Shown here: one piece after another, positions 39,321 to 51,840 of the stretch
Numbering within the stretch: position 1 is the first letter of the stretch
How the letters are laid out: every line of letters begins with the position of its first letter
Source of the DNA: Octopus sinensis
Taxonomy: Eukaryota
Length of the DNA stretch: 64,000 bases
Assembly: GCF_006345805.1 (NCBI RefSeq)
Contig: NC_043000.1
Coordinates: 117,676,001 to 117,740,000 of the forward strand
Direction of reading: 5' to 3'
Position numbers and translations under genes: made by a program
Notes under the pieces: model-generated
Told to the model about the DNA's origin: nothing
Database searches by the model: none
What the model saw: the letters and a program-made list of their open reading frames with translations, nothing else

Positions 39321-40208
39321 ATGTTTAATCTATATTTAATATTCAACTGCCTTATATTGGTCCGCTGTTCTACTATCTTTGATAATGTCGATATATACCG
39401 TTTTAAAGAAGGCGAGCAGCATTATAATCTTCTCAATCAACGAAGTGCCCTCCCTGATTATGGTCGGTGTTGGACTAACACCATTAATTCGATTATTACC
39501 GGTTGTAAGAAAGTTACCGATAAGATCCAGACACGTCTATCACTTTTATACCTGAATTGTTTCCTCGAAGGGCAAAAACGCATGTATTACCCGTGTCCAC
39601 CTGACCATCCCATCGATGTATGCACGCAGAACATGACCGAAGGGGATCGGGCGAGCCTGGCCACTTTTTTCATTCATACTCAAAACATTTGTTATTTTCT
39701 GGAAATTAAATATTGGAACCAACACACGGAAAGGACGATCCGAAAATTATCCGATACGTCTGAAGATATCGCTTCCCAGTTAGAGCAATCGTTTAAACTC
39801 CAGAACGATATGGTAAAGAAACAGATCGAAACCGTAATCAATCAAAAAGAAATATTGGACCAGACAATCAATTTAAATGGGACCATATTTTCCACTTCTT
39901 CCAACATAGCAGAGACACTTCTGGAATTCCAACGTATAACGCTTGAACAGACCATTTCCACTAAAGATATCTTCTCACGGGTGGCCAAACTCAACAATGT
40001 ATTTATTGAAGTAATATCCGATATTTATTCTGTCGTTTTCTACTTGTTCGTGTTTTTACTCTGTTATTTATCAACCTCCACACCAAGAACTGCCAAAGCT
40101 CGGTTATCCTTGTTTGTCGTAATAATTTTTAATTTTGCCTCAGAAAAGCTTATGATTTATTACAAAAATTTACCCAACTCCGAAGGCATCATAAATGAAA
40201 TCAATTTC
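39321..40208 (+). CDS. Exon 1 of GEX1/Kar5/Brambleberry-like nuclear-membrane fusion protein (signal peptide, Cys-rich domain, coiled coil, 2 TM)
   Basis: 296 open codons with a hydrophobic N-terminus and Cys motifs GRCW, TGCK, RLSLLYLNCF, YPCP, DVCTQNM, FFIHTQNICYFL...WNQHTERTIRKL. Two TM segments flank TSTPRTAKAR; donor GTAAGT at 40209 (phase 0). Confidence 0.85.
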
Positions 40209-40428
40209 GTAAGTTAAAAATATATTTGAAAATAATATAAACTTCTTAATCCGTTTCACTTTCGTATTCAGATCTACTTCGTCTCCTCTTTCTCACTACA
40301 TATCTATTGGTCTGTCTGTCTCTCTCCCTGCGTCTGTCTGTCTGTCTGTCTCTCTCTCTAGCTATCTATCCATCTATCTAAAATAAAGGAATAGGGATTT
40401 TAAATCCGGGTAGGTACCTTACAAGTAC

Positions 40429-40718
40429 GGTACTACTTAAGAAGAGTGGTCCCGGTGCACGCACTCGCGTACTCGCTCATCCGTGCTAGGTAGTCGATCC
40501 TACAACGACTACCTAGCAAAGTTAATAAAACACAAAATAAAATAATTTTTTTTCCACGAAGTAAATCATTTTTTAAAACAAAGTAGATAAAACAAAAACA
40601 CAAAGTAAATAATTTTTTTTAAACAAAGTAAAATAAAACAAAAATACAGAGTAAGGATCGACTAGCTAGCGCGGATGCGCGAGTGCGCGCACCGGGACCA
40701 CGCTTCTTAAGTAGTACC
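40429..40718. mobile_element. MULE-type MITE, second copy, opposite orientation
   Basis: TIR GGTACTACTTAAGAAG.GTGGTCCCGGTG; flanks TACAAGTAC / TACAAGTAG. Confidence 0.8.
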
Positions 40719-40907
40719 TACAAGTAGTTTAGTATAGTCCAGGTTCTGGCTAACCACATCGAATGATATGGAACGACGAAAAATTGTCTAAAGCAAACAT
40801 TTACACGGTATTTCATTCCATAGGTAAATTATGAGTTCGCTTCCCACGATTTTATACAATATATAGAGTATATTCAAGATATTAAACATAAGAATTATAC
40901 ATCCTCG

Positions 40908-41856
40908 TTTTGACGGGGATTTTTCGAATTCATTTTTTCACTGTACCTCTGGAAATGCTCAGGACAAAAAAATTTGCGCAAAATGAGGGACCATTTTTAT
41001 TTCCACCCCCGCCCCATCTTCAGTAAAAAAAAAAAATAGAAAAAGTAAATATATTTAGATGAAAAGATATGGTTTAAGGTAGATTTGGCTGTTGTTTCTA
41101 GCATACCCATGACCAATATGGTTTAAGGTTACTCATTACTCTCTCTTTTACTTATTTCAGTCATTTGACTGCGGTTATGCTGGAGCACCGCCTTTAGTCT
41201 AGCAAATCGACCCCAGGACTTATTCTTTGTAAACCGAGTACTTATTCTATCAGTCTCTTTTGCCGAACCGCTAAGTTACGGGGACATAAACACACCAGCA
41301 TCAGTTGTCAAGCAATGCTAGGGGAACAAACACAGACACACAAACATACACACACACACACATATATGCATATATATGATGGGCTTCTTTCAGTTTCCAC
41401 TCACAAGGCTTTGATTGGCCCGAGGCTATAGTAGAAGACACTTGCCCCCAAGATGCCATGCAGTGGGACTGAACCCAGAACCATGTGGTTGCGCCTTGAT
41501 AAAAATTATAAATTTACAAAAAAGTTTTTTTTTTAATAGCATAAATGAGTTCATGCTATTAAAGGGGAGAAAATATTACAAAACATTAATACTTGTCAGA
41601 ATGATAAAGAAACGAGGAAGGTGGTCATGGGATATGCTAGAAACAACAGCCAAATCTCCCTTTAATCACACACCTTTTCATCTGAAATATTTTTTTTTCC
41701 TTACCGAAAAGGCTCCTATGGTTTTTAAGTCCGAAGTGTCCCCAAAAATCATACATAGTGCCCACAAAATTCGCAATTTTTTTTTTTTTGCTAAAACGAT
41801 AGACCAGAGCATTTCCAAGAGCACCGTGAAAAAAAACTGAAAAATCCCAGTCAAAA
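40908..41856. repeat. ~210-230 bp diverged inverted repeat pair (40908-41115 / 41622-41856) around a SINE B copy (41145-41490)
   Basis: TTTTGACGGGGATTTT...GGAAATGCTC pairs with GAGCATTTCC...ATCCCAGTCAAAA; AGATTTGGCTGTTGTTTCTAGCATA.CCATGACCA pairs with TGGTCATGGGATATGCTAGAAACAACAGCCAAATCT. Confidence 0.8.
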
Positions 41857-42554
41857 CTGAGAAATTCCAACTTGTTAATGCTTCCTAAGTCTGACTCACA
41901 CACCAAATTCTTTAATGAACTTAAACCACAGCCTCCTGGCTTGCCAGTTCACAGTCAAACCGTCCAACCCATGCCAGCATGGAAAGCAGACGTTAAACAA
42001 TTATGATGAGGATGGTGATGAAGTGATATTCAGCTGATGATCTTGCAACAAGCAAAGTAATTAGTTCTACAATCTCTACAAGAGATGCAAATAGTAACTC
42101 AATTGAAACGTAACGGTTGTTACCACCTCAACGTGGTTGTCACATATGGAACAACGTTACTACTAATTTTTAACCTCCAGCTGGTTAATAACACAACCTT
42201 TGTCCAATATATTGCAAGCAGGTGAGTGAAGCTCTCCCATCTAGTGGTTTGACAGGACCAGTAGACCAACTTGTTTTCAGGGATTGCCCTAGCTGTGGTC
42301 TTCTTCTTCCAATCACGACTCACACCATTAGCCACAGAGAATAATCTCTAATTCGAGCCTACTCTAAGCTACTAAGAATGCATGCAGCAACTTGAAGATC
42401 CACCCACCACACGCGATAGACTGGCAGTTTCACGGTGGCTTTTAATGGGTGGAGAGCTGAACCATCCTGACTTTAAGGGCATTGCAAAAGGCCTGGTTGG
42501 AGGTCCAACCTTCCAAGTTCTTTTGCAGGGCTTAGAAACACTGAAGGACTGTTG

Positions 42555-43213
42555 CAGGCAATGACAAGTGACCGAGACCTTTGTGCTTGAGAAGACCTGG
42601 TAAGCCAAGTGAGACCATAACTGTGGCCTATGCCAGTGCTGCATAACCTGCCCATTTAAGAGTACCCTTCAATCATTGGACAATAAACTACGCTTGTGAA
42701 GACCTTTTGAGGCTAGTGAAATCGTTGTCGTGTAGCCATTGACAGTACTGCCTGATTGGCACCTGTGCCAGTGGAACGTTAAAAGCACCATTTGAGCATG
42801 ATTGTTGCCAGGTCTGCTGACTGGCTCCTGTGCCGGTGGCACGTAAAAAGCACCATTCAAGTGTGATCATTGCCAGCGTTGCCTGACTGGCTCCTGTGCT
42901 GGTGGCATATAAAAAACACCATTTGAGCTTGATTGTTGCCAGTGCTGCTGGACTGGCTCCTGTGCAGTTGGCACATAAAAAGCACCATTTGAGTGTGGTT
43001 GATGCCAGTACTGCCTGACCGGCCCTCGTGCTGGTAGCATGTAAAAGCACCAAGTACGATCTCGGAGTGGTTGGTGTTAGGAAGGGCATCGAGCTGTAGA
43101 AACTTTGCCAGATCAGATTGGAGCTTGGTGCAGCCTTCTGGCTCGCCAACCCTCAGTCAAACCATCCAACCCATGCCAGCATGGAAAACAGATGTTAAAT
43201 GATGATGATGATG
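42555..43213 (+). mobile_element. RTE LINE 3' end with internal ~60-bp tandem repeats and (GAT)n tail
   Basis: GCTTGAGAAGACC.GG.AAGCCAAGTGAG ORF end, repeated GTG..GGTGGCA.GTAAAAAGCACC units, tail GTTAAATGATGATGATG. Related copies at ~41930-42020, 44725-45065, 47115-47750(-), 50655-51040, 51810-52100(-), 52245-52450(-), 52590-52710(-). Confidence 0.75.
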
Positions 43214-44424
43214 AGGTGGGATTATTTTGTGCTCATTGCAAATATTGGCCCTAATGGCATTACTGGGTGGGTTCTAGTAGTTTTTCACATGGTAGAAATA
43301 GCAGCCAAATCTTTCAAATTACACCTTTCTTCTGTATGTGTGAGCCATTGAAGGTGACGTCTATGTAGAAAATTGATATGTTAGAAATAGTTGGTAACTT
43401 AGCTTTTTATCACAACTTACTTCCTCTGTGTGTGTGTATGTGTATTTATTTATGTGTATATATTTATTTATGTGTGTGTTTACTTATACGTTTATATGGG
43501 CCAATGCTGGAGTCACTATATGTTATCTCAATACTAGATAAGCATATAAATCTCTTTCAAACTATATCCTGTTGACTTGCACATGCATATAGATGTATGC
43601 ACACGCCAACAAAAGAGGTTGTAAATTGTTGCCAGATGTGGAAGAAGGAGTAACCGCTGAATTTCTGTCAAACTATAAGCTAGATCCTCCAAGACTTTAT
43701 AATGGCCCAAAACTCATTATAAAAAGATATGAGCATCCAGCACATGGCTGCATGAATCATGAATGTTAAAAACCTGACACTTCAGTGGTTATGACGACAA
43801 GGGTCCCTGCTCATGAAATTCATGCACAAGTGGTTGAGATCTCCACAGACATGAGTACTCTTAAAGTAGTTTTTAGGAAGTTTCAGCATGACACAGAAAG
43901 TGACAAAGCTGGTCCCTTTTGAATTACAGGTACCACTTACATTTGCAAGCTGAGTGGACTAGAGCAACATGAAATAAAGTATTTTGCTCAAGGCCACAAG
44001 GCACTGCCAGAAATTGAACTCACAGCCTTATAATTGTGATTTTGAGTACCCCAACCGCTAAGCTACATGCCTTCATAACTTGGACATCAAATAATGATGG
44101 TACCACTGCCTCCCCATCATCCATCCTATGTCCTGCATACCACAATCAGGTCGGGAAAATTTTGCTAGGCATAATTGTTTCATGTTTATAACATCTCTGA
44201 AGTCAGTTGCTTTGCTGCTTGAGTTTAAACTATCATTCCTGACCATTAATGCATCTCTGGTCACAATCAGGGGATTGCCGCATGACATCTTGATATGTTA
44301 ACCGGGAAGCACCAAGTACATCTGTTAATTTTCCTGCTGGTGCCACATAAGAAGCACTGGTGCAGGTGCCACATAAGAAGCAACCAGTACACTCTGTGAA
44401 GTGGTTAGCATTACAAAGGACGTC

Positions 44425-44725
44425 GAACCCGAAAGGACAAAAGGCAAAGTTGACCTCGGTGAAATTTGAACTCAGAACATAGCAGCAGACGGAATACCTA
44501 TTTCTTTACTACCCACAAGGGGCTAAACACAGAAGGGACAAACAAGGACAGACAAACGGATTAACTCGATTATATCGACCCCAGTGTGTAACTGGTACTT
44601 ATTTAATTAACCCCAAAAGATGAAAGGCAAAGTCGACATCAGTGGAATTTGAACTCAGAACATGGCAGCAGACGAAATACCACTAAAAATGTTACCCAGT
44701 GTGTTAACAATTCTGCCAGCTCGCC
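44425..44725 (-). mobile_element. SINE family A tandem units, CpG-decayed
   Basis: Many consensus CG positions read TG/CA. Confidence 0.75.
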
Positions 44726-45387
44726 TGACTGGCTCCCTGTGCTGGTGGCATGTAAAAAGCATCATCCGAACATGGTTGATGCCAGCCTTCCTGCCCCGAC
44801 TGGCTCCTGTGCTGGAAGCACGTAAAAAGTACCATCCAAACGTGGTCGATGCCAGTGCCACCTGACTGGCTCCCATGCCAGTGGCACGTAAAAAGCACTT
44901 ACTATGCTCTCAGAGTGGTTGGCATTAGGAATGGCATCCAGTTGTAGAAACACTGCCAGATCAGATTGGAGCCTGGTGCGACCTCCTGGCTTACCAGTCC
45001 CCAGTCGAACCATTCAACCCATGCCAGCATGGAAAACGGATATTATATGATGATGATGATCATGATGATGTCCAGCAGCAGTAGAAGCCATGCTAAAACA
45101 GACAGTGGACCCTGGTGCAGCTCTTGGCCTTGCCAACTCCTGTCCAAGTGTCCAGCATGGAAAACAGATGTCAAATAATAATCCTTCTACTAAAAGCACA
45201 AGGCCTGAAATTTTTTTTATTTGGGAGGTGGGGGGAGTAGTCGATTACATCGACCCCAGTGTTTTACTGGTACTTAATTTATTGACCCTGAAAGGATGAA
45301 GGGCAAAGTCGAACATAGAGGCAGACGAAATACTGCTAAGCATTTCACCCGGTGTGCTAACAATTCTGCCAGCTCACCATCTTAATA

Positions 45388-45437
<50 letters not shown>

Positions 45438-45539
45438 TGTTTCTACTCTAGGCACAATGCCTTAAATTTTTGGAGAAGTGGGATAGTCGATTACATTGAC
45501 CCCAGTGCGTAACTGGTACTTATTTAATCGCCCCCCCCC

Positions 45540-45900
45540 ACCACCACCACATGGTTCCAAGTTCAGTCCCACTGTGTGTCATCTTGGGCAAGTGTCTTCT
45601 ACTATAGCCTCAGGCCGACCCAAGTCTTGTGAGTGGGTTTGGTAGACGGAAACTGAAAGAAGCCTGTCGCATATATGTATATGTATATATGTATGTGTGT
45701 GTAAACCCCCCAACATCGCTTGACAACCGATGCTGGTGTGTTTATGTCCCCGTAATTTAGTGGTTCGGCAAAAGAGACCGATAGAATAAGTACTAGGCTT
45801 ACAAAGAATTAACCCTGGGATCGATTTGCTTGACTAAAAGGTGATGCTCCAGCATGGCCACAGTCAAATGACTGAAATATGTAAAAGAGAGTAAAAGATA
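45540..45900 (+). mobile_element. SINE family B copy
   Basis: Both halves present. Confidence 0.75.
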
Positions 45901-46221
45901 AATATAGGTAAATCAGAACTGGAATTACATCTTTGCAATATCAGGCTCTGACTTATTTCCTCTGAAGAATTCTCATTTTTATTGTTTTTTTAGGTCATTT
46001 ACACAGCACAAAGATGTTGAGTAATGATTGGCTAAAAATTTGCACAGCATATGACCTTGACTAAATTCTTAGGATTTTGACCCCTAAGCCTGCCAATTAT
46101 CAGAATAGGCTTAAAATTCAAAACTGAGTACACGTACATGATACATGATCGTATCAAAATGGCTGTCGTGTGCATGGCAACAAGAATCGCATAACAGAAT
46201 GCATGGACACACTCACATATA

Positions 46222-46260
<39 letters not shown>

Positions 46261-48118
46261 GCGTTAATGTAGGCAAGATAAACTAATATTTGTGTGTCTG
46301 TGTGTTCGCCAGTGCTTACAGATGTAGCTTCTATTGCAGGCGAAAGCCTGTGTGTTTGTGTGTGCAATAGACGATGCATCTACTAAATTATATATTTCAC
46401 TTAAGATTTTCCTATTGGCTTCTAAGGTGCATGTTTTTCTTGTTCTGCACTGAGTGATCCCTGTGTCCTAAATTTCCTAGGTTTGTTTGTAAACATTACA
46501 ATGAACGTTTTTTTTATACATCCTGTTATGGTGTGTCAAGCAAGACACCATCATACACATGGCTCCCCTCACACTTAACGGGTTAATGTTTCAAGATAAG
46601 CAAACTGCTTAACTGACCATAATTTTATTTCGTATTATTAGGTTACTGCCCGCTGGGGTGCAGGCATGGCTGTGTGGTTAAGAAGTTTGTTTCTCAACAG
46701 CAAGATTTCAGGTTCAGTCCCACTTATGAAACTTATGAAAACAAGCCATTTGTACTCAGAACCAGAGCTGGCTTCAGCAAGGTTGGTAATGAAAGGGTTA
46801 AACATAACAATAATGATGAAGATGATGGAGTGGCTGTGGGGTAAGTAGCTTGCTTACCAACCACATGGTTCCGGATTCAGTCCCACTGCTTGGCACTTGG
46901 GCAAGTGTCTTCTGCTACAACCTCAGGCCGACCAAAGCAATCATCATCATCATCATCATCATCGTTTAACTCAAGAACACAACACACTACCTGGTCTGGG
47001 AATTGAAACCACAATCTCATGATAGTGATGGCAACACCTTAACCACTAGTTCATATATTTATGATGGGATTCTTTCACTTTCCATCCACCAAATCCACTG
47101 ACATTGAAATCGAAATCAGATTTGATGACAGCACTGCATGACTGGCTTTCCATGCTGGCATGGGTTGGACAGTTTGACTGGGGACTGGTGAGCCAGATGG
47201 TTGTGCCAGGCTACGGTCTGATCTGGCAGTGTTTCTATAGTTGGGTGCCCTTCCTAACACCAACCACTCTGAGAGTGTGGTGGGTGCATTTACATGCCAC
47301 CGGCACGAGGGCCAGTCAAGCGGTACTGGCAACAGCCACACTGAAATGGTGTTTTTACATGTCACCTGCACAGGAGCCAGTCCAGCGGTGCTGGCAACGA
47401 CATCGCTCAAATGTTGTTTCTCACGTATCATTGGCACAAGTGCCAGTAAGGCAATGCTGGTAACGATCACACTCGAATGGTGCTTTTTATGTGCCACCAG
47501 CATGGAAGCCAGTTTGTTGCTCTGGCAACGATCACTCTTGGATGGTGCTCTTAGTGCTCCACTAGCACGGATGCTAGTCCTTCCAATATATATAGTATCT
47601 CATAAAAGATTTTATCACACAAGGTGATGCTGGTAACGATCATGCTCGAATGGTGCTTTTTACATGCCACCAGCACAAGGGCCAGTCAGCGACCCTGGCA
47701 ATGATCATGCTTGGATGGTGCTCTAAGTGTTCCACTAGCACGGATGTCAGTCATGCGGTGCTGTCTTCAAACACCTGGTTTCTTTCTTCCCACAAAGCTT
47801 TGATTGGCACAGAGCTATAATGGAAGACACTTTCCCAGGGATCCACACAGTGAGACTGAACCCAGATCCATGTGGTTGGAAAACAAACATTTTACCACAC
47901 AACCGCAAACATACATATGCATGACACTGCATAAAAGTAATAAACAAAAGGCACTCTCACACAAGCTTTGTCATTCATTACCAATGTCTGATCGTGAGGA
48001 AAATATTGCCTGGCTTCGAAAAATGCAAGGGTTGGTGACAGGTAGGTCATCCAGCTGTAGAAAACCTACCTCAACAAATTTTACCTGGCCCATACAAGTG
48101 TGAAAAAGTGGACATTAA

Positions 48119-48341
48119 CCTTTTCATTACTGTATTTATTTTGAGATGCTCTGTGTTTCTTTCAATTAATTTTAAATATAACAATGAATTTAGTAAAATA
48201 ACTTAGTTATCATTAAGCTAGTGTTAGGAACATAAATTGTGACGAAGGTTTGGTGGAAAGTTTTAATTCAAAACTTATGAAAACAAGAATATTTGTACTA
48301 CAGAACCAGAGCTGGCTTCAGCCAGGTTGGTTACAAAAGGG
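48119..48341 (-). mobile_element. piggyBac-type MITE with TTAA flanks
   Basis: TTAA-CCTTTTCATTAC ... GGTTACAAAAGGG-TTAA; reverse complement of 58197-58414; a partial copy ends at 46797. Confidence 0.8.
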
Positions 48342-48762
48342 TTAAAGATAAAAATAATGATGAAGATGATGGAGTGGCTGTGTGGTAAGTAGCTTGGGTT
48401 CAGTCCCACTGCATGGCACCTTGGGCCGACCAAAGCCTTGTGAGTGGATTTGGTAGACGGAAACTGAAAGAAGCCCGTCATATATATGTATATATATATA
48501 TATATGTATGCATGTATGTGTGTGTGTGTTTATGTGTCCTGGGGTTGATTTGCTCGACTAAAGGTGGTGCTCCAGCATAGCCACAGTCAAATGACTGAAA
48601 CAAGTAAAAGAGAGAGAGTAAAGAGTAAGAGTAAAGATTCTTGTGTTTTATGAAAGAATTAAACCTAACTATTGCAAGTACATGAATAACTTTGTCGATT
48701 CTGTTATCTCCAGAATCTTTCAGTCTTGTTCTTCATTTCTTTTTTGCTTCTGTTTCCTTTAG

Positions 48763-48928
48763 AATGAAATCTATGAGTTGCAATGGACCTATCGCAAAAT
48801 CTACTGCCTTGTTGGTTTGTGCATTTTCATACATTCGGTTTGGAGTTACACGGATGTGAACCAAGAGAATTATAATATTTTAAATGAAATCAAATCTGAA
48901 CTCGCAACTTTAAAAAAGTATTCGAAGA
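48763..48928 (+). CDS. Exon 2 (third TM + short coiled coil)
   Basis: Polypyrimidine + TTTAG acceptor; NEIYELQWTYRKIYCLVGLCIFIHSVWSYTDVNQENYNILNEIKSELATLKKYSK; GTAAGT donor; phase 0 to 1. Confidence 0.82.
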
Positions 48929-49011
48929 GTAAGTATCATATGTATTGTGTCATCAAATGAGGGTGGATAAAAATTGGAAAAAAAAAAAATTATTGCTGCT
49001 GTTGTTGTTGT

Positions 49012-50042
49012 TGTTAAGCAACAAGATGGGTAAGGGTGATTAGGTGATGGTCTAGGGCTTGGGGTGGGGGAGACACCAGACCTTGGAAAAAATAAAACTT
49101 TGGTCGTCTTGTTGTAGTCGAGGGCTCTTCTTTGACACCTTACACCACTGGGAGGTGGCCCTCAAAGTCGCTGGAAATGGAGATCTCCAGGTCCAAATTC
49201 TTGGATGGCTGTTGCTGCTTGTTTGTTTGTTTGGTAAGCGAAGTGGTCTTTGTCCCAGTGGGAGAAGTCCGAAACGTGGTCCTTTGCTATTCGTAAGACC
49301 CACAGAAGAGAAAGCGGGTCAACCCCCGACACCGAGAGCATCAACGGATGGATGAATGCGCATCCAGGCTCAGCGGTTGCATAGGAAGTCGGGGACAAGA
49401 AACAGGAAGAAAGGGTGAGAGTAAGTTGGAGTGAAAGAGTACAACATGGGTCGCCACCACCCCCTGCCGGAGCCTCGTGGAGCTTTAGGTGTTTTCACTC
49501 AATAAACACACACAACGCCTGGTCTGTGAATCGAAACTGCGATCCTCCGACCGTGAGTCCACTGCCTTAACCATTAGGCCATTGCACTTCCACTGCTGCT
49601 GCTGTTGTTGTTGTTGTTGTTGTTAAGCAACAAGACGAGTAAGGGTGATTAGGTGATGGTCTAGGGCTTAGCAGCGGGAGACCCCAAACCTTGGAAAAAA
49701 AAACTTTGGTCATTTTGTTGTAGTCGAGGGCTCTTCGTTGACGGTCTGTGAATTGAAACCGCGATCCTCCGACCGTGAGTCCGCTGCCCTAACCATTGGG
49801 CCATTGCACTTCCACTGCTGCTGCTGTTGTTGTTGTTGTTGTTAAGCAACAAGACGAGTAAGGGTGATTAGGTGATGGTCTAGGGCTTAGCAGCGGGAGA
49901 CCCCAGACCTTGGAAAAAAAAACTTTGGTCATTTTGTTGTAGTCGAGGGCTCTTCGTTGACGCCCGACACCACAAGGAGGTGGCCCTCGAAGTTGTTGGA
50001 AATGGAGATCTCCAGGTCCAAATTCTTGGACAGCTGCTGCTG
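49012..50042 (-). repeat. Chimeric array of ~200-bp tail units alternating with tRNA-SINE heads
   Basis: Tail unit at 49012-49212, 49622-49742 (partial) and 49842-50042, each ending in (CAA)n on the minus strand; SINE at 49240-49591 and head only at 49743-49813. Confidence 0.8.
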
Positions 50043-50064
50043 TTGTTCAGTGAATAAGTGAGAG

Positions 50065-50590
50065 AGTGGCACATTCCATCAAAGTGATGCTGGGGTACAA
50101 ATGTATGAAGCTCAATATACCCATCATTGTTGCTTGTTTGATAAGGGTACACTATGTGCATGCATCACAGCCATATGAGTCCAACATGGTGACCTCATAT
50201 CAAGATAAAACAGCACATGACTTTGTAAGTGGGGTCCCAGTTAGAATTTTCTTCAGGTTGAGTAGCCCATACAACTCAAAATGTCTGTGAATAAGGGTTG
50301 TTTAAGAATGATGAACAAAACACCTATGTTTCCAAGGGTGAATTATCAAAAACTCCAAAGAACCTTCTCAAAACATGGCTATGAGGCTCCCCCACTAATT
50401 CTGCTCATGATCAGAGATGTACACATTGTCAGCCACTAAGAGACATGCTCAAGTGGTTATGGTCAAACAACTGACAAGCAAATCTGTGGTCTTGAACAGA
50501 ATATTTGCTACAGCCCATCATTTACATGATAACACTTGCAATCTATTAAGACCAGAAGCCATGAGAACCACTGCCTGGTATTGCACCAGA
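50065..50590 (-). mobile_element. R4/Dong-like LINE 3' UTR fragment (CpG-decayed)
   Basis: Homologous to 32315-32850. Confidence 0.7.
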
Positions 50591-51476
50591 GCATGGTCGT
50601 TATTATTATTATTATTATTATTGTTGTTGTTAAGGCCATGAGCTGGCAAAATTGTTAGTGGCACTCGAGCCCCGTGCTAGTAGGGTAAGAGCACCATCCG
50701 AGTGTGATCGTTGCCAGAGTGCCGGTGGCACGTAAAAGACACAATTGGAGCATGATCGTTACCAGCATTGCCTTACTGGCACCTGTGCCGGTGGCATACG
50801 TAAAAAAGATTCGAGCGAGGTCATTGCCAGTACCGCCTCACTGGCACTGTGCCGGTGGCGCGTAAAAAGCACCCACTACACTCTCGGAGTGGTTGGTGTT
50901 AGGAAGGTCATCCAGGTGTAGAAACTCTGCCAGATCAAGATTGAAGCTTGGTGCAGCCATCTGGTTCACCAGCCCTCAGTCAAATCGTCCAACCCATGCT
51001 AGCATGGAAAGCGGACGTTAAACGACGATGATGACGACGACGCAAAATGCTTACTGGCATTTCATCTGTCTGCACATTCTAAGTTCAAATTCTGCCAGAG
51101 TCGACTTTGGTTCACATGGCTTTTAGTCTTAACAGATTGGCAGTGATATCATGTAAATGTTTTGTTGTAAATGATGGACTATAGCAAATATTCTGTTCAA
51201 TACCTCAGATTTACTTGTCAGTTGCTTGACCGTAACCAGTTGAGCATGTCTCTTAGTGGCTGATGAAATGAGTATCTCTGATCACGAGCAGAATTAGTTG
51301 GGGATCGTCATAGCACTGGCAACAACCAGACTCGAATGGCGCTTTTTATCTGATATAGGCACTCACTGGTTGGTTGTTACTTATCGTTTGACCCTGAGAG
51401 GATCATAATAATAATATTGATTTTAATGATAAATTAGTTCTAACTCTGTGTACCCTTTATCAAATTTGTTTTTCAG

Positions 51477-51692
51477 GATCTGGTTATGAGAGTGATGGTG
51501 AAGAAAGTTCCCACAGTACTACATCAGTAAACAGTGATACCACATATGTTCCCAGTTCACTGTCACAAAGTACATCTAGTCGCTCGAGTTTGGCATCACT
51601 CCTTGATGAACTGAATGAATTAAAAGAGGATGAACTTCATTATAGCAATCTCCAGCGTAGTCAATCTTTCCATGCCTGTCCTGTTAGACCTT
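51477..51692 (+). CDS. Exon 3 (Ser/acidic disordered tail)
   Basis: TTTTTCAG acceptor; 216 nt open in phase 1 (RSGYESDGEESSHSTTSVNSDTTYVP...ACPVRP); GTAAGT donor. Confidence 0.78.
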
Positions 51693-51798
51693 GTAAGTTC
51701 ATGATCTTGTCTGTATCTAGAAAATTTGCCGTGTAGGAAAATCCACCATAAGACAAATTTACTGTATAATACCAGCACTTTTTGAAATATAAAAAGAG

Positions 51799-51840
<42 letters not shown>

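Noticed and set aside
38366-40718. Composite transposon that captured exon 1
   Set aside because: Each MITE has its own distinct 9-bp TSD, indicating independent insertions.
42120-42560. Possible gag-like relic on the minus strand
   Set aside because: Multiple stops and only a vague resemblance.
43600-43765. Peptide AEFLSNYKLDPPRLYNGPKLIIK resembling Helitron/Pif1 LxPPxLCNGTRL
   Set aside because: The match is too short and degenerate to call without a profile search.
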